Assembly: GCA_963805625.1 (NCBI GenBank)
Contig: CAWDVE010000016.1
Coordinates: forward strand, 288,001 to 352,000
DNA length: 64,000 bases
Origin: an uncultured Candidatus Rokubacteria bacterium
Lineage (GTDB): Bacteria > Methylomirabilota > Methylomirabilia > Rokubacteriales > DASRDR01
Direction: 5' to 3'
The number at the start of each line of letters is the position of its first letter. The first letter of the stretch is position 1. The position numbers and the translations under genes are program-made. Shown one piece after another: positions 29,792-39,631 of the stretch. The notes below the pieces were generated by a model. It saw only the letters and a program-made list of their open reading frames with translations, was not told where the DNA came from and searched no databases.

Positions 29792-30976
29792 TCAGTAGGC
29801 GCGGATCGGGCCGGTCTCGATCACGCGCACCGGGACGCCTTCGATGTCCGAGGGATGGCGGCCGACGCCCCGTCGGGCCTTGGTCGTCACGTAGATCTCG
29901 ATCACGGCGTCGCCATTCGCGTCGACGCCGACGCCATGGCCGACGACGTCCGGCAGGGCGAAGATCTGGTCGCTGTGCCGCGCCGCGACGTCCCGAGCCA
30001 CGGCCAGCCCTGGGGGCGTACCTCGGGGCCGTCCGGGCCCGCCCCCGCCGCTGGTCGGACAGTTGTTCGCGATTAGGTCGTAGTCAGACCGCATTGCGCC
30101 GGGGTTGTCGCCGTCACTGTCGAGGATCATGCTCACCCCTAGTGAAGTGAGGACGGGGTCGATCGGGTTCGCAAAGGTGTCGCTGCCGCCACCAGCGAAG
30201 AGCAGCCCGACCGCGAGCGGTTCTGTGCCGGAAGCCGGGACGGTCACGATGAGCGAGCCCGAATCCCCCGCATCCGAGAATCCGGCGTCGCCGCAGGGAC
30301 GGCGGATCCGGATCTGGTTGACGAAGCGGGCCGTGCCGCTGTCGTAGCTGATGTCGACCGTGACGCCGACCGCCATGACGGTTCCGAAGGTGTGGGCCGT
30401 CGTGCGCCCGGTCTTCTGGACGGCCAGCGTCAGAGTGGCCGCGGTCGAACCGGCCACGGGGCCGATGCCCAGGATCGAGCCGCTCGGATTGACCTGGTCG
30501 GCGTGGACCGCTGCGATCGCCGCGTCCACCGTGTTCTGCGGCTTGTTCTTGCCTTTACCGAACAGGATTTCGACGAAATCGCTCAGGTCCGCCACGGCGT
30601 GGGACGGGTCGCCGCTACTTAGCGTGCACGGTCCCTCGTCGAGCAGCCCCGTCTGGATGATCGTCTCGTTCGCGCTGCCGTAGTTCAGGTTCCCGTTTTC
30701 CTTGGCGAGGACGTGGTTGTTGCTGAGGATGTATTGGACGCCCCCACTGTCTTGGACGAGCGCTCCCAGGGTCCCCGTGTAGCAGTAGAGCAAGCCCCTG
30801 ATGAGGAGCAAGGTCTGGCTGCTGCCCGAAACGCCGAGCGGGATGGGCCGCTCTTGTGTCCTCTCGGTCGTTTCTGTCGCGACGAGGTGGTTGGCAAGGG
30901 CTGAAGGAGCCAGACTCGCCGAGAGCACGATGGCACCTGCGGCCAGCCAGGCCCTGCGAGAGCGATTTAGCGTCAT
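29792..30976 (-). CDS. Secreted trypsin-like serine protease
   Basis: Signal peptide; ILSNNHVLA (His), VDAAIA (Asp), GDSGS (Ser). Confidence 0.8.
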   Translation of the reverse strand: MTLNRSRRAWLAAGAIVLSASLAPSALANHLVATETTERTQERPIPLGVSGSSQTLLLIRGLLYCYTGTLGALVQDSGGVQYILSNNHVLAKENGNLNYGSANETIIQTGLLDEGPCTLSSGDPSHAVADLSDFVEILFGKGKNKPQNTVDAAIAAVHADQVNPSGSILGIGPVAGSTAATLTLAVQKTGRTTAHTFGTVMAVGVTVDISYDSGTARFVNQIRIRRPCGDAGFSDAGDSGSLIVTVPASGTEPLAVGLLFAGGGSDTFANPIDPVLTSLGVSMILDSDGDNPGAMRSDYDLIANNCPTSGGGGPGRPRGTPPGLAVARDVAARHSDQIFALPDVVGHGVGVDANGDAVIEIYVTTKARRGVGRHPSDIEGVPVRVIETGPIRAY

Positions 30977-31119
30977 CGACGGCTCCTCCCATCTGTTTGG
31001 ACGGCCCCGGTCCCCGAAAGCGCGGACCATCTCAGGACCACCAGGTTTCCATTACCGCTCCGGCCGGGCCAACGAGATAGCGCCCCCCTCGAGCGCGGAC
31101 GTGTCGGCCAGTGGATCGG

Positions 31120-31135
31120 AGCAAGAGGGGTGCCA
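31120..31135 (-). promoter_or_regulatory. sigma54 promoter for the protease gene
   Basis: Minus strand TGGCACCCCTCTTGCT, canonical GG-N10-GC, 144 bp upstream of the start. Confidence 0.7.
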
Positions 31136-31363
31136 GCAAGAAGCTGTCCGCCGGGTCGCGTGACCGACCGGCGGCAACGGGCCGGTCCCGGGTGCGGCCT
31201 GGCCCTCACGAGCCCGCTAAAGCCGCGTCGCTGCGTGGCTTGCGCTCGAGCTCACGGCCGGTCGGGCTCAGGCCCCTCGCGTCGACCGCCACGCTGCTTG
31301 CGGACTCTCGCCGCGGGCATTTTTCCCTGAATCGGCCTCGTCCAGGATTGAACGCGCCGAAAA

Positions 31364-32029
31364 TTGGTGCGCGCCTATCCCGACCTCCTCATGAGCCACG
31401 ACGAGAAGGTCCTCATCTGGAAGGATGGAACCCGCATGCCAGCCTCGGACGGTCGCGGCGACAAGAGTTTCGAGGAAAAGCTGCGCAGCGCATCGATCCT
31501 GGATCAGCTCTCGATCCCCTACCCCCAAGGGCCACTCGAAAAGCCACCCGGGCTTCAGGAGGATCCTGGACGCTTCCGCAACACGACCTTCTTCGACAAG
31601 ATGTATGGCGACTGCTCGAAGGGCGAGGTGCAGAGGAAACTTGCAAAGGTGGCTTGGCTGCCGAAATCCGGCGGCGGCTCGGTTCAGATCACGACGGTGA
31701 ACGGCGTGGCGGACCGATTGCGCGCGATTTCCGGAGAGCTTGATGCTCTACGGCCTGACCTCAAGACGTTCGCCGTTCCGAGCGCCGGTACGTTCAACTG
31801 CCGCACCGTGAAAGACACCGGCGCCCGCAGCATGCATGCATGGGGCGCGGCCATCGACCTCGATACGAAATTCGCCGACTACTGGCTGTGGAACCCCAAG
31901 GGCGCCCCCTATCGGAATCGCTTGCCTTTCGAGATCGTGGAGATCTTCGAGAGGCATGGCTTCATTTGGGGCGGCAAATGGGGACACTTCGACACGATGC
32001 ACTTCGAGTACCGGCCGGAACTCCTTTGA
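31364..32029 (+). CDS. M15 family D-Ala-D-Ala carboxypeptidase-like peptidase (signal peptide apparently missing)
   Basis: DPGRFRN, GTFNCR, SMHAWGAAID, FIWGGKWGHFDTMHFEYRPELL. Confidence 0.85.
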   Translation: MVRAYPDLLMSHDEKVLIWKDGTRMPASDGRGDKSFEEKLRSASILDQLSIPYPQGPLEKPPGLQEDPGRFRNTTFFDKMYGDCSKGEVQRKLAKVAWLPKSGGGSVQITTVNGVADRLRAISGELDALRPDLKTFAVPSAGTFNCRTVKDTGARSMHAWGAAIDLDTKFADYWLWNPKGAPYRNRLPFEIVEIFERHGFIWGGKWGHFDTMHFEYRPELL

Positions 32030-32119
32030 GTGACCAAACTGCCTCCTATGCCCGGACGGCCGTGGGCGCGCGACGGATGAGGAGGGCCCCATGATCGCCA
32101 AGCGAACGAGGAGGGAACG

Positions 32120-32260
32120 ATGACGGACCGCCCCGAGCCAACCTACGCTCTCAAGGGGAATCCCGCCACCCTGGAGGTGGGGTTCAGCGTCGAAGCGTGG
32201 CAGCTCTTCGCCTTCGTATTCGCGGCGCTCACGAGCCTCGCCTTCTCGGTCCTCAGGTAA
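32120..32260 (+). CDS. 46-aa single-TM small protein or truncated gene
   Basis: GAGGAGG RBS; MTDRPEPTYALKGNPATLEVGFSVEAWQLFAFVFAALTSLAFSVLR. Confidence 0.35.
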   Translation: MTDRPEPTYALKGNPATLEVGFSVEAWQLFAFVFAALTSLAFSVLR

Positions 32261-32300
32261 CGGATCGCGAGCGAGACTCATCGCGCGCACGCCGACGAAG

Positions 32301-32410
32301 CTAAGCGGTCCAAAGCCATTTCCTGACTCCTCCCCCGGTTCCGCCGTCCAGCCCGGAGGGTGAGGGTGGCCGGACTCTAGCGCGCGGCGGGCCGCTCGAC
32401 AAGGGCCGTG
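32301..32410 (-). mobile_element. IS91/ISCR-type oriIS-like end (remnant 4)
   Basis: Shares the 25-mer GGGTGGCCGGACTCTAGCGCGCGGC with remnants 2 and 5; terminus TTTG-GACCG-CTTAG. Confidence 0.7.
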
Positions 32411-32508
32411 GAGTGCTCCCCGGTTGAGTTAGACACGGATGGGGCCATCCTGCCGAGGCAAGAGGAGGGGGCCATGGGCGAGTGTCCCCGGAAGGCCGAT
32501 GGCCGGCG

Positions 32509-34671
<2,163 letters not shown>

Positions 34672-34673
34672 GG

Positions 34674-35141
34674 CTAGGCGCCTCCCCGCATCTGGCCGGC
34701 GGCCGTCTTGATCGCGGCCCGGATGCGCTGGTAGGTGCCACACCGGCAGATGTTGCCACTCATTGCGGCATCGATGTCGGCGTCGGTTGGGTTCTGGTTC
34801 GCCGCCAGCAGCGCCACCGCGCTCATGACCTGACCGGACTGGCAGTAGCCGCACTGAGGGACGTCGGCGTCGATCCACGCCGCCTGCACCGGATGGAGCT
34901 TGCCGGCTCGCGATAGCCCCTCGATCGTCGTCACCCGGCGGCCCTGGACCGCCGACAGCGGCGTGACGCACGACCGCGTGGGCTGGCCGCCCACGTGGAC
35001 CGTGCACGCCCCGCAGAGCGCCATGCCGCACCCGTACTTGGTCCCGGTGAGCCCGAGCTCCTCCCGCACCACCCAGAGAAGCGGTGTTGCGGGATCGCTC
35101 GTGGCCTGGACCGCCTTGCCGTTCACGGTGAGCCTCACCAT
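34674..35141 (-). CDS. iorA: (2Fe-2S)-binding subunit
   Basis: [33 protein letters not shown]. Confidence 0.92.
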   Translation of the reverse strand: MVRLTVNGKAVQATSDPATPLLWVVREELGLTGTKYGCGMALCGACTVHVGGQPTRSCVTPLSAVQGRRVTTIEGLSRAGKLHPVQAAWIDADVPQCGYCQSGQVMSAVALLAANQNPTDADIDAAMSGNICRCGTYQRIRAAIKTAAGQMRGGA

Positions 35142-35501
35142 GGTCGTCCTCCGGTCTGCCCCGGTCCTACCGGGGTCCTCCAGGCCCGTATGTCGCATGC
35201 GTTGCGGAGGCACGTCGCTAAGCGTCACTTTCCGCCCGAGCGGGGGGATCGTCAAGGCGTGTCATGACGGTCGCCGCCCGGCCTCTCGCGGACCCGACCC
35301 CCGGCCTCGCGATCGAGCTGACGCTCTGGCTGAGCTTTCTCGCGCTGCCCTTGGCTACCCGCCGGGGAAGCGCTTCGGGGTGTGGCGTCGTCTCGGCCAG
35401 TACGCGCGCTCCGGGTCTTGCCGGAGGCGATACTTCTTGTGAATGTCCGTACCGAAGATCGGCTGAGTTCATGAGTGTATTTGACGGGTGGCGTGATCTT
35501 C

Positions 35502-35720
35502 ATGAGTACGCGATGGTCGCGGGTCTTGCGCGGCGTGGTCGCGCGCCTGATCCCCGGGCTCCTCCTGGCGGGCTGCGCGGTGTCGGCACCGGTGCCGAGG
35601 TCGGCCGACTTCCCATTCCACGTGACTGGACCGCCGGTCGAGATCGACCACCACCACGTCGATTGCCCCGGACTCGAGCGCAGATCTCGACCAGCCGGCC
35701 GGCGAGCGCCGACCTGCTGA
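35502..35720 (+). pseudogene. Truncated lipoprotein
   Basis: Lipobox LLLAGC, ends after about 70 aa. Confidence 0.35.
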
Positions 35721-35882
35721 ATGTGGCGACCGACCGCTCGCGGCGCGCCTGGTCGCGCCACTTTCGCGCGCCGGCCTCCTTGAGAAGAGTGACGCACGCC
35801 GCGAGGACGGCTGTGTCTCCGGGAGGGAACCAAAACGCCAGAACGAGTCCAGTTCGCGCGACGAATGCATGTCGGGGAAATG

Positions 35883-35949
35883 ACTGATAGGGCGTCAAGA
35901 GCACGGAGGTACGTTCGAGTGGAGAACGTCGTTCGTGAACCCTATCGGT
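35883..35949 (+). other. Unassigned three-segment stem-loop
   Basis: ACTGATAGGG/CCCTATCGGT, CACGGA/TTCGTG and ACGTTC/GAACGT are nested. Confidence 0.5.
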
Positions 35950-35994
35950 AGACCGGTAGCCCTCGTGATGCTTCCGCCATAGGCCCGTGCGCAG

Positions 35995-37086
35995 ATGAGA
36001 CGACGCGCCGTACTCCTTTGTGGCCTCATTGCCTTGCTCGTCGGCGCGGGGGCCCTTGTCGCGCTTGGGCGGGTGGCCGATGAGCTTCCGAAGCCCGTCG
36101 CCACTGCAGTCCGACTGCCGGCGCGGCTCTGGACGCGGGCATTCTCCCCCCGCGTTCCGAAGCCAAGCCGTCTGGCCGGGCTGACTCCTCCGGAGCAGGA
36201 CACCGTCAGGGCCGTCTCCGGTCGAATCAGCGGGCGCCTTGTCTGGTCTTCGAACCGTAGCGGGGATCACGAGCTGTACGTGCTCGATCTCGGATCTCGT
36301 TCGCTCCGGCGCCTCACGCGGCATCCGAACGTCGACTTCTTTCCCCGGTTCTCCCCGGACGGCCGTCAGATCGTGTTCCTGCGAAGCCAGCGAGAGTTGG
36401 TCAGCGTCCGGGAGGTTAGCGCGTGGGATGTCTTCGTCGTCAACGCCGACGGCACCGGCGAACGGGAGCTGGCACGCGGGGGCTACCACCCGGGCTGGAC
36501 CGCGGACGGTCGGGCGGTCGTCTTCCATCGGGGCGCGCAGGTGTTCCGCTACGATCTGGCGAGTCGACGCGAATCCCTGCTCTTCGACGGGAGGAAGGAG
36601 GTAGCCGGCATCTCCGACGCGGGTGACTTCGAGCTGGCCCCCGACCAGCGGCAGCTGGCCTTCGCGCTCCGCGGCCCGTTCGAGGGAGCAGCCGTGTACG
36701 GCTTCGAGACGCACCGCCTCTCGGCGCTCACACGCGTGCAGGCTTGCCAGACGACCTGGGCACCCGACGGCCAGAGCGTGGTGTGGGTGGAAACCGGGGG
36801 CCGTGGCGGAACGCGGCTGATGGTCGGGAGCCCGGACGGGAAAGGGCGCCGCGTTCTCATGGACCTTCCTGGCGCCTACAGCCACGAGTACTTTCCGAAG
36901 CTGTCGAATGACGGGCGCTGGCTCGTGTGGGGCGCGGCGGCTGAGGGTCACGAGCACGACCGCGCGGACTACGAGATCTTCCTCTGGGAAGTCGGGACTG
37001 CATGGGAGACGGCGACCCGTGTCACCTCCCACCCGGGGAACGACCAGTGGCCAGACCTCTACGTGGACCGTGCCAAGACGAAGTAG
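35995..37086 (+). CDS. TolB-like (PD40) beta-propeller protein
   Basis: N-terminal TM; WSSNRSG, FPRFSPDGRQIVF, WAPDG, PKLSNDGRWLV. Confidence 0.82.
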   Translation: MRRRAVLLCGLIALLVGAGALVALGRVADELPKPVATAVRLPARLWTRAFSPRVPKPSRLAGLTPPEQDTVRAVSGRISGRLVWSSNRSGDHELYVLDLGSRSLRRLTRHPNVDFFPRFSPDGRQIVFLRSQRELVSVREVSAWDVFVVNADGTGERELARGGYHPGWTADGRAVVFHRGAQVFRYDLASRRESLLFDGRKEVAGISDAGDFELAPDQRQLAFALRGPFEGAAVYGFETHRLSALTRVQACQTTWAPDGQSVVWVETGGRGGTRLMVGSPDGKGRRVLMDLPGAYSHEYFPKLSNDGRWLVWGAAAEGHEHDRADYEIFLWEVGTAWETATRVTSHPGNDQWPDLYVDRAKTK

Positions 37087-37159
37087 TCGTGGAGTTGCTT
37101 GGGAAGTTCGTCGGCGGCTGACGCTGCCGGCGGTCTCCCGAGCTCCCCGTCGCGACAGC

Positions 37160-37936
37160 CTACCTCCGCTTGGGGAGGAGCGCGACGACGGTACCGCCCC
37201 CGGGGATCGCCTTCTTCAGCGCGCTCAGCCAGATGTTGGCCATCACCTGGTAGCCGTGCTCGTTCGGGTGGAGAGGGTCACGATCGGGGGACAGCCCGAA
37301 CAGACTCCGGTCGTTCATGCCGTCGAAGATCTCGGCCAGGACGATGCCTTCGGCCGCTGCGAGAGTGCGGATCAGGCCGTTCGCCATGAAGATCACATCC
37401 TGGGCGCACGGGTCGTTCCGGAAGTTCGGCGGAATCGTACCCAGGATCGGGATCGTCCGGGTGGCCTTGGCCCGCTCGACCATCGTTTGAAGGCGACCGA
37501 CGATGAAGGCGGCATCGTCGCAGCGGCTCGCGTTATTCGTGCCCTCCATGATCAGGATGAAGCCCGGTCGATCGGCGCCGAGGACGTCACGGATCCGCAT
37601 GGCGCCCTCCTCGACGTGTTCGCCGCCCCGCCCGCGGTTGATCACGCGCCAGGCCGGGTCGAGCCGCTGGAGCAGTCCCTGCAGGACGGTCGGGTAGTTG
37701 TTGCTGGTTTCCAGGCCGGCCCGGATCCTCCGCTCTTCGAGGACACCGAGAGTGATGCTGTCGCCGAACGCCGAGACCGTGTGGGGGTTGTTCGAGCCAA
37801 AGTTGACGCTGGACGCGGTCGTTGTCCCCGGGCTGGGTCCGGTGGTGTCACTCGAGTGCCCGCATCCGAGGACGGCGACGACGAAAGCGAGCATCCACAC
37901 CCGCGGCCGTCCTGCTGTGGGCTGGAGGCCCGCCAT
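37160..37936 (-). CDS. SGNH/GDSL hydrolase lipoprotein
   Basis: Lipobox VLGC; FGDSIT, NRGRGG, EGTNN, DPLHPNEHGY. Confidence 0.85.
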   Translation of the reverse strand: MAGLQPTAGRPRVWMLAFVVAVLGCGHSSDTTGPSPGTTTASSVNFGSNNPHTVSAFGDSITLGVLEERRIRAGLETSNNYPTVLQGLLQRLDPAWRVINRGRGGEHVEEGAMRIRDVLGADRPGFILIMEGTNNASRCDDAAFIVGRLQTMVERAKATRTIPILGTIPPNFRNDPCAQDVIFMANGLIRTLAAAEGIVLAEIFDGMNDRSLFGLSPDRDPLHPNEHGYQVMANIWLSALKKAIPGGGTVVALLPKRR

Positions 37937-37950
37937 GAGCCGCGACGGGC

Positions 37951-38484
37951 TCACGGTCGGGCCCGAGACCCGCGTTTCCGGCGCCCTCGCTTGCCGCGCT
38001 CGACGATGATGATCGAGCGCGTGGAGAAGCGCAGGTGCCGTGAGCGGCGCCAGCCGCGGATCTGTCGATGCAGGGCGGTCAACTCCTTGCGCACGGCGGG
38101 GCTGGCCTTCCCCTGTTGAAGCCGGTCCAGTACCGCCACTTCGAGATCCGCCAAGCCCCGGCCCTCGCCGAACGCCAGGAAGGCGCGGCCGGCGGCGACG
38201 GGTACGACCGACACGCCGGGCACGCTCTGGATCAATTGAGGGTTGACGACGATCAGCGCGCTGTCGGGTGAGAGCTGGGCGAGATCGATGGAGGATTCCG
38301 ACACGCGCCGCGGACGGTGCCCCGTGTCCGCTACCTTTACCTTCTCGTACAGCGAGACGATCGCCCAGGCCGGGTCGGGATGGATGCGCCGAAGCCCGCG
38401 CACGACATCGTGGGGGAGCGTCACTGCCAGGAGCTGCGCCGGGCGGCCGAACTTGAGAGGTCGCCCGCGCTGTTTCTTGAGCAC
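37951..38484 (-). CDS. Hypothetical, possibly DNA-binding protein
   Basis: RGRPLKFGRP..VTLPHDV; palindrome TGATTTT-N7-AAAATCA just upstream (38491-38511). Confidence 0.6.
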   Translation of the reverse strand: MLKKQRGRPLKFGRPAQLLAVTLPHDVVRGLRRIHPDPAWAIVSLYEKVKVADTGHRPRRVSESSIDLAQLSPDSALIVVNPQLIQSVPGVSVVPVAAGRAFLAFGEGRGLADLEVAVLDRLQQGKASPAVRKELTALHRQIRGWRRSRHLRFSTRSIIIVERGKRGRRKRGSRARP

Positions 38485-38671
38485 GACCCGTGATTTTTCT
38501 ATGTAAAATCAAGTGCGTCAAGGGACTTTCTTGTAAGGATAAATACGGACGCGCTGGCCTTCGCCGGGATGATCGCCCGTCAGGCTTTTCCCCCGGCTCG
38601 TGCGCGTTCCCCCGATAGCGCGCCCGGATGTTGTTCCCTACACTTGCGCCAGCCTGAGAGACGGCACGCAG

Positions 38672-39631
38672 ATGAGGACCGCACGCTACTCGATCGTCGT
38701 CCCGCTGTACAACGAGCAGGATGTGCTGCCCGAGCTGTGCGAACGGCTCCGGGCGGCCGTGGCGCGGCTCCACGGTCCGGCCGAGATCATCTTCGTCAAT
38801 GACGGCAGCGCCGACGGGACCCTCGGGATCCTCAAGGCTCTGCAGTTCGAGGACAAGACCATTCGCGTCGTGTCGCTCTCGCGCAACTTTGGGCACCAGG
38901 CGGCCGTCTCCGCGGGGCTGTGCCACGCCGAAGGAGATGCCGTCGCGGTGCTCGACGGCGATCTCCAGGACCCGCCGGAGCTCCTGCCCGAGTTCTTTGC
39001 GAAGCTGGAAGAGGGTTGGGACGTCGCGTACGGCGTCCGCCGCCACCGCCGGGGCGGGATCCCGAAGCGGCTATCCTACTTCGTCTTCTACCGGCTGCTT
39101 CACCGGCTCGCCAACATCGATATCCCGCTCGACGCCGGGGACTTCTGCGCGATGCGCCGTCGGATCGTGGACCACCTGAACCGCCTGCCCGAGACCGATC
39201 GGTTCGTGCGCGGCTTGCGGGCCTGGGTCGGCTTCCGCCAGACCGGCATCCCGTACGAGCGCGATCGGCGGCGGGCCGGGATCCCGAAGTACACGATGTC
39301 CAAGCTCGTCCAGCTGTCCCTGGACGGCCTGCTGTCGTTCTCCTACGCCCCGCTCCGGTGGCTTGCGGTCGTCGGGTTCGTTCTGTGCGCGGTCAGCTTC
39401 GTCGGCATCCTGGTCGTCCTCTACCGCTACCTGTTCACACCGTACGTGCCCGGGTACACGTCCTTGGCCATCCTCGTCCTGTTCTTCGGGGGAGCCCAGT
39501 TCCTGACGGGCGGCTTGGTCGGCGAGTACGTCGGCCGGACCGCGCAGCAGGTGAAGGGCCGCCCGCTGTACGTCGTCGACGAGCTGATCGGCTTCCAGGA
39601 AGGGCCCGCCTTCCGGTCCTTCAGGAGGTGA
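38672..39631 (+). CDS. GT2 polyprenol-phosphate glycosyltransferase (GtrB-like)
   Basis: VVPLYNE, VNDGSADGT, LSRNFGHQ, DGDLQDPP; two C-terminal TMs. Confidence 0.9.
   Translation: MRTARYSIVVPLYNEQDVLPELCERLRAAVARLHGPAEIIFVNDGSADGTLGILKALQFEDKTIRVVSLSRNFGHQAAVSAGLCHAEGDAVAVLDGDLQDPPELLPEFFAKLEEGWDVAYGVRRHRRGGIPKRLSYFVFYRLLHRLANIDIPLDAGDFCAMRRRIVDHLNRLPETDRFVRGLRAWVGFRQTGIPYERDRRRAGIPKYTMSKLVQLSLDGLLSFSYAPLRWLAVVGFVLCAVSFVGILVVLYRYLFTPYVPGYTSLAILVLFFGGAQFLTGGLVGEYVGRTAQQVKGRPLYVVDELIGFQEGPAFRSFRR

Larger units (their letters stand above)
13725..32410. mobile_element. tRNA-Thr-anchored genomic island / satellite-like element (right boundary uncertain)
   Basis: Integrase 72 bp from the tRNA 3' end, then xre, xis and helicase, followed by IS remnants and cargo; no attR seen, so the end coordinate is a guess. 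Confidence 0.55.
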
